Of a stretch of 64,000 nt of DNA, positions 1 through 14,549 are shown one piece after another; positions within the stretch are counted from its first letter, which is position 1; each line of letters starts with the position of its first letter. A program made the translations under genes and the position numbers. The notes under the pieces were generated by a model. It did not search any database and was not told the DNA's origin. It saw only the letters and a program-made list of their open reading frames with translations. This DNA comes from Octopus vulgaris (Eukaryota), in NCBI GenBank assembly GCA_951406725.2, contig OX597827.1, positions 69,068,001 through 69,132,000 on the forward strand. The letters run 5' to 3'.

Positions 1-449
1 ACCCGTGGAAAGAAAAGCCTACGGAAAAGACCATGGTAACCTCAGTCAATAATGTCACATGTTAACACAGTTGTTTGCAAGTAAGTAACCTTCTGTTTTA
101 AATTTTTCCGGGTTCATAGGATTATCCTCAAGGTGGCTTTGTAATTCATATGCGCAAATAATTTTAAAACGTGACAGCTTGGTCACTCCTTTTTTTTTTG
201 TCAGCCCTCACAGCTGTTCTGTCTCCTCTTTCCCTCATCAGCGACCATGAGGATTGAACTTCAACTGTTGTTGTTTTAAGGCAGGAATTAAAAGACAACA
301 GTTGACGTACCGAATGTATTCCCAGGAAATAATGACGCCGAACTAGTTCACACACAAGACTGCATTCCACAGAGTCACAAACATCATTAAAAAAATTATA
401 TATAGACAAGCATAGAAAAGTAGTCACTAAGGCAATGGATGACTATATA

Positions 450-876
450 GATTATATATAGACACAGATACACACACACACATATACACATACATGCACA
501 CATAAATATACACATACACACATGTACACAGACACATGTATACACACACACACATATACATAATGTACACACACAGACACACGTATACACACATGTACAC
601 ACACAATGTATACACACATACACACACGCATACACACGTATACACACGTATACAGACATACACACACATATATACACATACATATACACACATGTATATA
701 CATATGTATACACATACACCACACACATGTATACACACACATGTATACACACATACATGTACACATACACACACACACACACATGTATACACACACACAT
801 GCACACATACACATACACACATGTATACACAGACAAGTTTAGACATAGATGCATACGCATCTATACATACAAGTGT

Positions 877-912
<36 letters not shown>
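450..912. repeat. Degenerate (CA/TA)n microsatellite field
   Basis: Direct reading; produces spurious VC/HT ORFs. Confidence 0.95.
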
Positions 913-917
<5 letters not shown>

Positions 918-919
918 AC

Positions 920-985
920 CCACAGAGCATGTAATTTGGAATTAAAGAGCTGAACAATGTAGCTGTTAATACCAAACTTGCTAAT
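920..985 (-). CDS. Possible further minus-strand exon (ISKFGINSYIVQLFNSKLHALW)
   Basis: tttgcag acceptor, GTATTA donor, 66 nt, phase 0-0 and open, but both splice signals are weak. Confidence 0.3.
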
Positions 986-1425
986 CTGCAAACACCACCA
1001 CCATCACCACCACCACCACCAGTACCATGTTATTAGACAGAATCAGTAGAGCTGCAACGACGACCAAATGTCTTGTGGTATCTTGTTACGTCTGCTGTTC
1101 AAATCTAGCTGGGGGCAACTTAGCCTTTCGTCTTTTACAAGGGTCAATAGGTCAATATATCTGTGTGTGGGTGTGTGTGTGTGTGTGTGTATTCTTTTAT
1201 TTGTTTCAATCATCAGACTGCAGCCATGCTGGAGCACTGCCTTAAAGGGTGTTAGTTGAAGAAATTCATCCCAGGACTTGTTCTTTGTAAGCCTAGTACT
1301 TATTCTATGGGTCTCTTGCCAAGCCACTAAGTTATGGGAACATAAACACAACAGCATCGGGTGTCAAGCAATAGTACAGTGGGGACAAACACAGCCACAC
1401 AAATATATATATATATTTCTGTGTA

Positions 1426-1463
1426 TCTTTCTGTCGAAGAGCGTAGGCTCGAAACGTAAAAGA
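1426..1463 (+). ncRNA. Degenerate minimal hammerhead motif in a Penelope-like insert
   Basis: TCTTT CTGTCGA A GAGC gtag GCTC GAAA CGTA AAAGA. Core A6 reads T. The insert (about 1417-1560) sits in the (TA)n of a SINE. Confidence 0.55.
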
Positions 1464-1559
1464 CTTGTTCTATTTCTATTTCTGAGCGCCATACTAATAC
1501 ATTTGTTTGTTTGTACTCCACCTGCCTTCGTCTTTTGTTTATGTTCGTAAACCTTCCCG

Positions 1560-1590
<31 letters not shown>

Positions 1591-1772
1591 ACATGCTTCT
1601 TCCAGTTTCCATCTACGAAATTTTCTCACAAGGCTTTGGTCGGCTCGAGGCTATAGTAGAAGACATTTGCCCAAGGTGCTATGCAGTGGGGCTGAACCCA
1701 GAACCATGTGGTTGAGAAGCAAGTTTCTTATCACACAGCCATGCCTATAAATTTCTAAAAGTTTAAAATCTC

Positions 1773-2012
1773 AATTATTACTTCCACCTTAGCAAAGGCA
1801 GAGGTATTGTTTTCAGTTGTGTTTGTTTGTCCGTGGACAAGATATCTCAAAAACCGCTGGATGGATTCGGATGAAACTTCCAGGGATGTTTGGCCTCCTG
1901 ACTGGCATGAACTAATTAGATTTGGGGATTGATCTGGTACCAGACAAGGATACTGGATTATTTTTCCTGTCTTTTTACTCAATTTTTGAGAGCAGTCAGG
2001 TTCATTTTTAGT
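1773..2012 (+). mobile_element. DINE-1/Helentron-associated-like element fragment
   Basis: ttattacttccacc..gaggtattgttttc..gtttgtttgtcc..gattcggatgaaactt layout typical of HINEs. Confidence 0.45.
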
Positions 2013-2310
2013 ATTGTCGTTTGCCCGGACTTGTGCCTGGGAGGGTAACTTTCTAGGTGCAATTCCATGGTCATTCATGACTGAAGGGGGTCTCCTCCTC
2101 CTCCTCTCATTTATGTACTTTGATCTTAACATGGGGCCCTTAACCGTGGAGGCCCCCTGCGTCTGCAGGAGGCTTAGTGACAGCCCTGGAGAGAGGTACT
2201 AAGAGGGAGAAAGGGAGAGGAACAAAGAGAGAGATAAGGAAATACAAAAAATAACAGTGAAGGAGTCCAGACATAGAGATATAGACAGAGGGAAGCAAAG
2301 AGAGAAAAGC

Positions 2311-2344
<34 letters not shown>

Positions 2345-2375
2345 GGGCACAAAAATATTTAAAAATTTTAATTAC

Positions 2376-2627
2376 CTTAATGACACCAACAAGAGATTTC
2401 CTTGTTTTTGGTTTAACCACTGGCCTATCAATTGCCGGCATGGACCGTCGTCTCAGAGAAGGGCCTCCCGCAGTTGGTGCACATGTCTCCATAGTTGTTG
2501 CTGAATAGTCGAAGCTGTCTGGTATCGGACCAGCCCATGAATAGTCAACCATCTGTTTGAGAACCTGCTTCCGAAAACTTCCAGTTACTCTTCTTTGCAA
2601 AGTATTCTTCCATTTGGGTCTTTCAGA
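2376..2627 (-). CDS. Minus-strand gene exon (SERPKWKNTLQRRVTGSFRKQVLKQMVDYSWAGPIPDSFDY...PSLRRRSMPAIDRPVVKPKTRKSLVGVIK)
   Basis: Acceptor cttctcttcag, donor AAG|GTAATT, 252 nt, phase 0-0, open. Unique sequence between repeats. Confidence 0.8.
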
Positions 2628-2667
2628 CTGAAGAGAAGCCAACATATATATTATTTTATCTATTTAT

Positions 2668-3135
2668 TGACAGACAAACAGATGGAGACAGACAGATAGA
2701 GACAGAGACAGATAGAGACAGACAGAGACAGATAGAGATAGACAGAGACAGACGAAGACAGACAGAGACAGACGAAGACAGACAGAGACAGACGAAGACA
2801 GACAGAGACAGACGAAGACAGACAGAGACAGACGAAGACAGACAGAGACAGACGAAGACAGACAGAGACAGACGAAGACAGACAGAGACAGACGAAGACA
2901 GACAGAGACAGACTGAGACAGACGAAGACAGACAGAGACAGACGAAGACAGACAGAGAGACACGAAGACAGAGAGAGACGAAGACAGAGAGAGACGAAGA
3001 CAGATGGAAACAAACAGATGGAGAAAAACAGAGAAAGACATATATATATAGAGATAGAGAGATGGATAGATAGAGAGCCATACAGAGACAGATAGGGATA
3101 GACATAGACAGATATGCATACACACATACACAGAC
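2668..3135 (+). repeat. GA-rich minisatellite (20-bp unit gacagagacagacgaagaca)
   Basis: About 10 near-perfect units at 2741-2960. Confidence 0.95.
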
Positions 3136-5986
3136 ACATCGTCATCATATGTACATTTTCCATACTGGCATGGGTTGGACGGTTTGACAGGAGCTGGCCA
3201 GCTGGGGAGCTGTCCAGATTCCAAATTGTCTGTTGGCATGGCTCCTTCAACTGGATGCCCTTCCTGATACCAACCACTTTACAGAGTGTGCTTTTCACAT
3301 GCCACCAGCATGGATACCTTAACACAGCACCAACACAAGCGCATCTTATGTGGCACCAGCACCTGTCAAGAACAACTCTGTAGATATGGATGACTATGAT
3401 TTTACTTGGCTTGATGCATCCCCTCAAGTACAGCAAATCACCATAACTCCCGTATATACACGTGCACTGTTAGGTCATGTGCCTTGTGAAAGCACACGGC
3501 CTAATGTTTAGGGCGTTACACCTACAATTGCTAGGCTGGAGGGTTCTAGCCAGAGTGTTGCAATGGTCTCTTAATAAAATTGCTTGCATGAACCTTTCAC
3601 CCTTCATATATACAACTTAATAATTATCCCCCTTTACTTCTTTTTAAAATGACGCACACATACACACACACACACACCTGGACATTTACTCTTTTGCATC
3701 TAGTCTAACCCTAACCCCTAAACCTATCCCTAACCCAGATTAGGTCATTTCGCAGTGCAGACTAAAAATACTGCAGCAGTCTGCACACTAAAGGAGCACC
3801 AATACTTTTTGCTGCTGTTTACAAAGAGGTGAAGGCATGGCTGTATGATAAGAAGCTTGCTTTCCAATCACATGGTTCTGGGTTCAGTTCCACCGCATGG
3901 CACCTTGGGCAAGTGACTTCTACTATAGACTCAAACCAACTAAAGTCTTATGAGTGGATCTGGTGGACGGAAACTGAAAGAAGCCTGTTAAGTATATATC
4001 TGCATGTCTTTGTTTGTCCCCTACCACTGTTTGACAACCAGTGTTAGTGTGTTTACATCCCCATAACTTAGCAGTTCGACAAAGGAGACCGATAGAATAA
4101 TACCAGGCTTTAAACAAAAAAATCCTGGGGTTGGTTCATTCAACTAAAAATTCTTCAAGGCAGTGCCCCAGCATGACCACAGTAAAGACAAAAACAAGGT
4201 AAAAGGTAAATGCTTACACCACCAAATGTGTTGAGGAAATTAGCACCCATTTTTGTTAGCTGCTGGCTAAAATTAGCCTAGTGTGTGTGTACAGACTGGG
4301 ATTAATTAAACCAATTGCTTGGTTTATATTTCTTTACTCATTAACCACACTGACATTTTATTCCCTGACCTGTCTGACTTTAGTTGCTACCACCAAATAT
4401 TGTGGTTGAGAAATTTTGCTACTATATAACCCTTTTGATGCTTACTGGCCTAAGACCACCCTTGGTTCTGATAAAAACTTCTCATTTTAAAGTGATCAGA
4501 ATTAAAACCTTCATTTGATATTTCATGTTAATACAGGTTTCATGCAGCAGCATAATAACAAATCTCTTATATAAAATCTGTTCTGTCTGTCTGTGTGTGT
4601 GTCTTCTAGGATCTCGGGCATCCTCCATCCGATTGCGCTCAAATTTGATATGTAGATACCGACGGTATCAGGGCATGTATAAGTCTTGAAAAAATTACGA
4701 AAATCGATTCCAGGTGAGAATGCAATCAATAAAGCCGCTTCTTGTCCTGCTTTTCTTCAGTCAACCTGTACATAACTGCACCTTCCATTTTTTGTTGTTT
4801 TTATACTGCTTAAAGGCATGTTTCTTTCCTGCCAAGCTTACTGTTTAAACCATGTTTGTGTTCTCCCAGTCAACAGCCTTATCATTACTGTTACTTTAAA
4901 CTCTTCGGTTGCATATTTGTGTGAATAAAATCGTTATTCTTTTAGAATAGAAAAAAAGTCTATCTTTATTTCTTCTTTTGCTGGTGCCTCAAATTTAGGT
5001 TAAATCAGCGTTTCTCAAGGGGGGAGGCCTATGGGACGGTCGGACAAGTTGTTTTGAGAAAATTTGGTTTAAATGTTTGACAACTCAGCACCGTCTATTC
5101 GACGGGGGGGGGGCCTTTAACTTGTTTACTTTATAATTCTTCATTACTTTCAAAATTGAAAACATAAAAAAAAAAGTATTCCAACAGAAATCATGTGATC
5201 AACAAGACTATTGGATGTTGTACATTGCTGGTCACAATGCGCTTTGCAGTATTTTAGCTTTCAAATTATGCCACCCTGCTAGCCAATACTCCCCCAATCA
5301 AAAAGCTACTCTGTTGCAGGGTTACTCATTTAAGCACCCACTATGCTCTCGGAGTGGTTGGCATTAGGAAGGGCATCCAGCTGTAGAAACTCTGCCAGAT
5401 CAAGATTGGAGCCTGGTGCAGTCATCTGGTTCGCCAGCCCTCAGTCAAAATCGTCCAACCCATGCTAGCATGGAAAGTGGACGTTAAATGGTGAAGATGA
5501 TGATGATGGTCTGGAACAATGTGAAATGAAGTGTTTTGCTCAAGAACACAATGCACAGCTGGCCCGGGAATTGAAACACACAAGGGGGTTGTTTTCAGCT
5601 TCTGTCAATCAAATCCACTCACAAGGCTTTGGTTGGCATAGAACTACAGAAGAAGAAACACTAGCCCCCCGTGGTACCACACAGTGGGTCCAAACCCAAA
5701 ACCATGCGGTCTGGAAGCAAACTTCGAAAACCACGCAACCACACCAGTAAAAAATTTCAGTTGAGGACAGGTACTGACTTTTGAGAGGACGTATCTTGTA
5801 GATACACTCACGAACCATACAAGACACCCTTCCTGTTTTGCCGAACAACAGCACAAATGTAATTAAAAACTCAGAAACAAAAACAAAGACCATCTGTGTC
5901 GTTGGAATGCTTTTCAACTTTGTCAACACATTACAGCAACTAGCCCTGACTGTACAAGGAGACATCCTCTTACTTCAAGGCCAGCA

Positions 5987-6030
<44 letters not shown>

Positions 6031-9000
6031 CATTGTTATTATTATTACTACTTAAGCTCTTAAGCAGTTGCTGACCTTTTTTCAGATGGCTGATGCAGCC
6101 AGCATTTTGCTGCAATGAACTTAATGCGAGTTCTGAAGTGCACCCCTCCACAATAAACTCATCTCGCTCACTCGTTCGTTCACCGACTGATGGACCGACC
6201 AATTGAATTGTCGAGCTAAAATGCTGCTCCGACATAATAAAATGTTTGCTTTGGCGCTTTGCAAGAATGCTATTGCTGCTACACACCCACACCATCTAGA
6301 ACATTCTAGATGACATAACAAAATAAACTGGAAGAGGCCATCCTACAAACTGATGAAGGAGTCTGTATGTGGTGGCTCAACTTGCTAGAAATAACAGCCA
6401 AGTTTCTCTTCTGCTTTTGTTTTGTTTTTTTAATGTCCATTTTTCTTTTTTTCGTTGAACAATCCATAACAAAAAAAAGATAGGATGGTCATGCCTGGAA
6501 TATTTATGATCATAAAATGACGATGATTATGATCTGCACTGTCAAGACTTCAGTTGGTGCTAAACTGCAACTAACATGGTGATAAGGTATCAGATGGCAG
6601 TGTGGTAAACAAGCTCACATTGCAACCCCATGGTTTCAGGTTCAATCCCACTGTGTAGTGTCTTCTATTATAGCCCCAGGCCAAGCGATGCCTTGTGAGT
6701 GGATTTGGTTGACAGAAACTTCAGTAGACTGAAGGCAGCGAGCTGGCAGAAACATTAGCACGCTGGGTGAAATGCTTAGCGGTATTTCATCTGCCATTAC
6801 ATTCTGAGTTCAAATTATGCCGAGGTCAGCTTTGCCTTTCATCCTTTCGGGGTCGATAAATTAAGTACCAGTTACGCACTGGGGTCGATATAATCGACTT
6901 AATCCCTTTGTCTGTCCTAGTTTGTCCTTTGTGGGCAATAAAGAAATAAGAAACTTCAGTAGACTGGTGGACAGACAGAAGCTCAGACAGACGGTCAGAA
7001 AAACGGTCAAACAGACACACAGGCAGGCTGTGTGGTAAGAAGTTTGCTCCCCCAACTACATGGCACTGGGGTCAGTTCCACTGCATGGTGTCTTGGGTAA
7101 GTGTCTTGAACTATTTCCCTGTGACCAGGCATGTTTCCATCTACCAAACTCACTCACAAAGCACTGGCTGGTCCAAGGATATAACAGAAGACACTTAACT
7201 AAGGTGCTGCACAGTAGGACTGAACCCAAAACCATGGGGTTACCAAAGTGAGCTGCTTAACTACACAGATGTATATTTACGTCAACTAAGATTTTCTTAT
7301 TAGGGTTTTACTGCTTCCAGACAGCTTGTCTGACAACACTACAAAGAACAACTATCTGAAACACGAGATTAACTGACTGTGTAATTAAATTTCATGGTCA
7401 TTCACATAATAATGTTAATTACCTGCCAGAAAAATAGAAATATTTTGTATTTCTCCAATGCTATTTTAGTGTCTAAAAACATTTAATTCTTGCTCTGTAA
7501 AGAAACATTTGATGAAATATGTGAGAAAAATTCAGAAAATCTAAAAAAAAATCGTCTTTTGTCAAAAGTTGTTTGCTTCTTGTAAGATAATTGTTTTGTT
7601 GTTTTTTTTTGTTTGTTTGGTTTTTGGGGGTTTTTTGGGAGGGGGGGGTTTAAACCATGGAGTAAAACTTTTCTGCAGTTAACAGTAATAAAATTTTGAA
7701 TGGATCTATCCACTTTCCACGGTCAAAGGGTTATATACTCCATACCAAACACCAACTTGGTAGTTTCCTCCATGGTAAATGCAGTTTGGCTAGGGTGTTG
7801 CTTTTTAGGTGTCAGCATCAATCAGGATCACTCACACATGAGCCTATGGTTAAGTGAGTCATGACCCTATGCAGGGTTCGTCCTTCCTTATTACATACAG
7901 ATTTTATCCTGTAACCATCTTCACAAAGCTAACGTCATAGGGGTAGTGGTTGTAGTGGTATGGTGGCCAGAACAACCTGACCATGAACACGGCTTCAACA
8001 GAATCTCTTTACCAAATTGAGAATCCATGTAGCTACTCTACAGCAAGACATCTACATCCGTTCCTTCTCTACCTCGAATAGTACAAAGCCACACCCACTC
8101 ACTACTTTTATCCTTCCCAGTTGAGGTGTTATTGCCGTGCAAGGTACTTGGTGACCCTGTCAGCAGTGGTGCCACATGAAAAGCACTGGTGATGGTACCA
8201 TGCAATATGTACCCATTACACTCTGCAAAGTGGTTGGCATTAAGAAGGGCATCCAGCTGTAGAAACCATGCCAAAACAGACAATGGAACTTGGTCTCATT
8301 TTAAAAATCATCTCTGGCTAATCGTTGAGAGGACGTTGGTATTGCCTTGGTGGAGGTTTGCACTCTCTGAGTGCTCTCATGATTATTATTATTATTATAT
8401 TCTTTTACTTGGCTGCAGCCATGCTGGAGCACCACCTTTAGTCGAGCAAATCGACCCCAGGACTTATTCTTTGTAAGCCTAGTACTTATTCTATCAGTCT
8501 CGCCAGGTGAAAATACTTAGCGACATTTTGTCTGTCCTTTTGAGTCCAAATTCCGCCAAGGTCAACTGTGCCTTCCATCCTTTTGGAGTCAATAAAGTAC
8601 CTCTTAAAGACTAGGGTCGATGTACTCAACTAGTCCCCTCCCATCAAATTTCAGGCCTTGCACCTTTAGTAGAAAATATGATTATTATTATTGTCATTAT
8701 TATTAATATTGAGTGAGAGAGCAGTGCATGCCATCAAAGTGACACTGGGGTAAAATATACGAAGCCCAGTATACCCATCATGACTACCCAAATGATAAGA
8801 GTACACTAGGCACATGCATCACAACCATATGTGCGCATCATGGTGATCTCATATCAAGACAAACAGTGCCCAGTCAGAATTTTCTTCTGGTTGAGTAACC
8901 CATCCCGCTCTAAAGGTCCCCTGAATAAGGGTTGTTTAAGGATGTTGAACAAAACACCCATGTTTCCAGAGGTGTATTATTCAAACTCCAAAGACCTCTC

Positions 9001-10406
9001 AACACATGGCTATGATGCTCCACCACTACTTATGCTCATGGTGAAAGATGCACATATCGTCAGCCACTAAGGGACATGCTCAACTGGTTAAGGTCAAACA
9101 ACTGATAAGCAAATCTGTGGTATTGAGCAGAATATTTGCTGTAGCCCATCTTTTATACCAAGACAAAGCAATGTACATGATAACACTTCCAATCAGTTAA
9201 GATCAGCAGTCATGAGAGCCACTGTCTGGTACTGCATCAGGGCATTTATTATTATTATTATTAATTATTATTATTGTCATTATTATTATTATTATTATTA
9301 TGGTGGCAAGCTGGCAAAATTGTTAGTGTGCCAGAAAAAACGCTTAGAAGTATTTTGTGTATTTAGTTTCTGGGTTCAAATTCCAGGTTGACTTTCATCC
9401 TTTCAGGGTTGATGAAATAAATACCAGTAGGGCACTGGGGATGATGTAATTGACTAGCCCCTGCTCCCAAAATTTCAGGCTTAGAGCCTATAGTACAAAG
9501 GATTATTATTATTTTTATTATTTAGCATGCAGGGCGAAATGTTTAACGGTATTTCGTCTGTTACTACATTCTGAGTTCAAATTCTGCAGAGGTTGACTTT
9601 GCCTTTCATCCTTTCGGGGGTTGATAAATTACGTACCAGTCAAGTACTGGGGTCAATGTGATTGACTACCCCACCTTCCCTCAAATTCTAGGCCTACAGC
9701 AGAAACGATTATTATTATTATTACTAATACTATGATTAAAAACAAAACAGATTCCAATCATATTTCATGGTACAACTAGGTTAATAGAAGAAAGGTCATT
9801 TCAACGGTAAAAATAATTGTGCCAACAAAAACCATCCCTCAGATACAAGAATAGAAGGGAAAAAAATGTATGTAAACAATTACATAATTATCATAATATA
9901 TAGTGCAGTGGTTTTCCCATGATGCATTGGTGCATTGCAGATTTTTAAAGATAGAATCTGAGGTTTTAGAAAATCTATACTAATGCCTGAGTACCTTGGA
10001 AGGTGTTTTATTGATAAGTTTGTGAGAAGTATGAGTGACAAAATGAAGGTTTTGTTATTATATATCAGTTAAAAAATAATTTCTTTTTTTTTTATTTCTT
10101 GTTTCACTCATTTGGCTATGGCCATGCTGGAGCACCGCCTTAATGGGTTTTAATCGAAGATGCCAACCCCAGGACTTCTTCTTTGTAAGCCTATATTTAT
10201 TCTCTTTTGCAGAACTGGTAAGTTACAGGGACATAAACACATCAACAGGGACGTAAATACAAAGAATCAGACACGACGGGCTTCTTTCAGTTTCCGTCTA
10301 CCAAATCCACTCACAAGGCTTTGGTCGGCCCGAGGCTATAGTGGGACTGAACCCGGAATCATGTGGTTGGTGAGCAAGCTACTTACCACACAGTCACTCC
10401 TGCACC

Positions 10407-10454
<48 letters not shown>

Positions 10455-11786
10455 TAAAAACGGTAAGATAACAAAAGAAAGAAAGAGACCTCAATATTAT
10501 GTAAATAGAGGAAACCGAAGAGATGGTGGTGTGGATTTCCAACTCGGCATCCGAAACTCGGAGTTTTAGCTTGGCTATTGAATAATTTGTCACATATTAT
10601 TTTACAGATATATATATATATATATAGATATATATATATATATACACACACACATAACAGGTCCTTTCAGAGTGCAGTAGTCAATAAAATAGAAACAAAG
10701 TTGTTTTTTTTTAATTTGTTTCCGTGCGGCCCAGTGGTTCCATGCGGCCCGGTGGGGGGCTAAGCAAAGCAAATTATTCCTGAAAAGTACAAAACAAGGG
10801 AGACAAATAAGACCAACCAAACTTGAAGTTATTTCCCTTTGATATGCTTTTTTTTGTACTAATCAAACTTTCGAAGTTTTATGATCCATTTAATTATGAG
10901 AATCTACCGTTTAGTATGCGGAAAGCTCTCAGTCGGTCATATTCGTAATCAGAGCAGTGATGAAAATGTATATAAAGAACTGGAGGTATTAGGAACCATG
11001 GACTGAAATTGGGAAGATGGGATCAGACCAATGGTCCTTAACCGGAGTCCATCCAAATAAAATAGGAAACGGGCAAAAAAAAAAAAACGGTTGAGAATCA
11101 TCAGACGCTATAAACCATTACACCATCTACCCTCAGTGACCTGAAGCGTACCTTGAATATCCTGGCGGGGGTACATAATACGTACACCACCCGTTTTCGG
11201 CATAACAAAAATCTTAACCCCTAAACAGCAGGTGTGGGTATTCTTTACTTTCGCCGAGTATCCCTAGGTACTCTCTCTCTCTCTCTAACCCTAACCCATT
11301 TCCATCGCTGAATCAGAGAGATTTATATCAGGTGGTTGCAGTGATCCACAATACAAAAAAAATAATAATAATTCAGTGATACTCAGTATCACGTCTCTTT
11401 TCTTTCTATTATTGTCTTCTTACAGAATGATCAGATGGTATGATTCCCGTCTTCTCTTAATCTTACCAGCAACAGATCAGTCAGCGACAGAAAAACTGCA
11501 ACCCGTGGAGACTTGCTGAAATATCTTCAGAATTTTGGTGCCCCCCGCCCCCAACAGTGCGACCCGCTTGAAGTTGAGCCAGGTTAATACAGCTCGCTTC
11601 TCGATAAAGGTAGCCTATGCCTTAAGTAGACTAGGCTTCAATGAGAAGGTCTAAGAAAGTTGAAACATTTGTTGCTCTCACCACTTGGCGTTGAGGACCA
11701 AATCCAACTGTGTACAAACTTTCTTACAACGTCCGAACACTTAATTGTACCTTTTTCTTTCTTTTTGCTATCTTTTAGAAGTTTAC

Positions 11787-11838
11787 CTCGAGTCCAGCAA
11801 ATTGTTCGGGTAATTTGTTAAGTAAGGTTTTCAACTCA
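11787..11838 (-). CDS. Minus-strand gene exon (ELKTLLNKLPEQFAGLE)
   Basis: Acceptor ttttgtaatacag, donor GAG|GTAAAC. Phase 2 in, phase 0 out. Confidence 0.65.
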
Positions 11839-12841
11839 CTGTATTACAAAACATGTATGGTTGGACATGTGTAGTGACAACAGACGGCGAACTGGCAGAA
11901 ACGTTAGCACGCCGGGCGAAATGCTTTGCGGTATTTCGTCTGCCGTTACGTTCTGAGTTCAAATTCCGCCGATGTCGACTTTGCCTTTCATCCTTTCGGG
12001 GTCGATTAAATAAGTACCAGTTACGCACTGGGATCGATATAATCGACTTAATCCGTTTGTTTGTCCTTGTTCGTCCTCTCTGTGTGGGTAGTAAAGAAAT
12101 AGGTATTTCGTCTGCCGCTACGTTCTGAGTTCAAATTCCGCCGAGGTCGACTTTGCCTTTCATCCTTTCGGGGTCGATTAAATAAGTACCAGTCATGCAC
12201 TGGGGTCGATATAATCGACTTAATCCATTTGTCTGTCCTTGTTTGTCCCCTCTGTGTGTAGCCCCTTGTGGGCAGTAAAGAAATAAGAAAACCAGACAGA
12301 CTAGGTTCCGAGAGAAAGTAGAAAGAAACAGGAGGATGACAACGAACAAGAATGAAGGACGAACTTGGATAGATTTGACAAAATTTGGAGAGCGAGAAAC
12401 CCGAAGCTGATAGCTATGGAGAGATCCAGAGTTAAGCTTTTACCCAGGATTGGGAGAATAAAGGACCGGTTTGCTGAAATAGATATAATTTCATTTTTTT
12501 TTATTTCTTAAAAACTGAAATGCCATCAAACTCGTTATTTATAGCTATGTATAAGACGGCGAGAGGGTAGAATCGTTTGCACGATGGATAAAATGCTTAG
12601 CGACATTTCGTTCGTATCTACGTTCTGGATTCAAATTCCACCCAGGTTGACCTTGCCTTTCATCCTTACGAGGTTGACGAAATAAGTAACAGTTGAGAAC
12701 TGGGGGTGCATCCGCCCCTAAAAAAATTTCAGGCCTTACACCCAAAATAGGAAAGCTATTTATAGCAATGTGATATTATTAACTGCCTGGAATATATTTG
12801 ATTTGGCGTCTAAGTCCAAAAGCCTATAGCGCAAAATTTAC

Positions 12842-12921
12842 AGAGATGAGTTAAGAGGGTTACATGACGTTCGTGCCTTTTTCTCCGCAGCCCCCGCTCC
12901 TTCAAGACCTGTAGCAAAAGG
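12842..12921 (-). CDS. Minus-strand gene exon (PFATGLEGAGAAEKKARTSCNPLNSS-L)
   Basis: Acceptor ttcgctttcag, donor GTAAAT. Phase 0 in and phase 2 out bridge the flanking exons exactly. Confidence 0.65.
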
Positions 12922-14549
12922 CTGAAAGCGAATAATAAATTGAAAAACGATTTCTCATGTAGGCACAAGACGGGCAAGTCTGAGAGAAGTGAGTTTGATA
13001 ATACCACTGACCTCAGTACTTGACAAGTACTTCATTTTATCAATCTCACCTCGGCAGAATTTAAACTCAGAACATGAAGAATCTGAACAAATATTGCAAG
13101 GTATTGGGGGTGCTTTTTCTAGACACTCCAATGATTCTGCCAGCTTGCAGGCATCATGTCCTCAGAAATAAATGATAACGTTTTCAAAATCGCAGTGGTG
13201 ATGGTGGTTATGAACAGGCCCGTTTTAACTTATCTAAGCCCCGGAAAATCACTGCACTGGGCCCTATAGCTTTTATTTATTGACAGCAAGCCACAGCATA
13301 CATAGATCCAAATTGGGTCCATAGAATCGTAAGGCCCTTGAGCAACTGCCCAATGAGTCCGTACCTTAAGACCGTACTGGATTATGTAATCCTAGACCAA
13401 CCCGGATAGTACAGACCTCTAATCAAAGATCCCACCGCCGCGCCGGCCCTTCTTTCCACCGTTTTCTTTTTAGACAATGTATTGGAAAGTGTCCCTATTT
13501 TTACGATGGCAGAATATAAGGTGGAGTTTTGAAAAAGCTGTCCCTCGAATGGAGGACTACTAGAAAACTACGTCGAGTATAGATAATTATTTCTACAATA
13601 GGAATATAGCCTGAAATTTGGTAGGAGTTTGGTATTTATTTTGTCGACCCCAAAAGGATGTAAGTAAAGCTGAACTTTACTATGTTCCGAGTTCAAATAC
13701 CGCTAAGTACAGCGGAATTTGAACTCAGAATGTAAAGCTGCACGAAATGTCACTTAACGATTCTGCCAGCTCGCCGCCTAGTCGAATACAAACAATGCTT
13801 AATTTAGCTGCTATTTTAGATCAAGTGACCATACAAACGTAAACAAAAAGTTGAAAAACAACTAACCTAAATATAGAGAGTAATCGCATTCCAAAGATAT
13901 GTACAAAGCATCTGTGAACAATAGCGTCGCCGGTTAAAGATTTAACTTCATCTAATTGTTTCATTGTATTTAACGGGAGATAAAGAGTTGCAGTTAATGA
14001 ATTAATTAACACGCAATCGTCAGGAATGTGATATACTATAGTGCTAATTATAATACAGTTGATGACTTAAATTGAAACAAAACCGTCAATTTAGAGAAGA
14101 GGAAATAATTAAATTGCGCCGGTACAAAAATTGGGTAATTTTCTAGAAGAGATTTGGAAACTATTTTAGTTGCTAAAAACAGTAAATTTTCTGGATATAT
14201 AAGGCTAGACTTTAAACATCAAAGATTACAATTCAGCATTTGTTTTTTTGGGGTTTTTTTTCTTTTGAAATTAGAATTTAAAAATCTTTGGCTCAGTGTT
14301 ATTTTGAACGAGTTAAAAATACATAGAATTAAACAAGTTCTTTATTTTTCGATTAAGGGGATTTCTCTGTATAACGTTAATTAATCTGATTAAGTAATGA
14401 GACACAGGAAAAATACGGAAATAATTGTGATAATATAAATAACGGTTTGTCTGCCATAATAGCAATAATGAATGAGAGACAAAAACAACGAACACACACA
14501 CACAAAAACAACTGAGGGTTTTACATCAATGGACATGGATCAAGATTTC

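Noticed and set aside
164-427. 87-aa minus-strand ORF as a next exon
   Set aside because: No convincing acceptor or homology; looks like non-coding or transposon-derived sequence.
1030-1160. Apparent unique coding-like stretch
   Set aside because: The reverse strand is a highly decayed family B SINE.
396-3436. Long VC/YI/HT/SL-rich ORFs (also 17778-20400)
   Set aside because: Microsatellite and minisatellite translations.
3705-3737. Telomeric repeats suggesting a chromosome end or fusion site
   Set aside because: Only a few degenerate units; similar patches occur inside MITEs.
5975-6295. 106-aa minus-strand ORF and nearby 21-nt candidate micro-exon (5812-5832) as extra exons of the minus gene
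   Set aside because: The ORF would end in phase 1 at a weak donor and break the 0-0 join, and the micro-exon lacks a good pyrimidine tract. Neither can be supported without RNA data.
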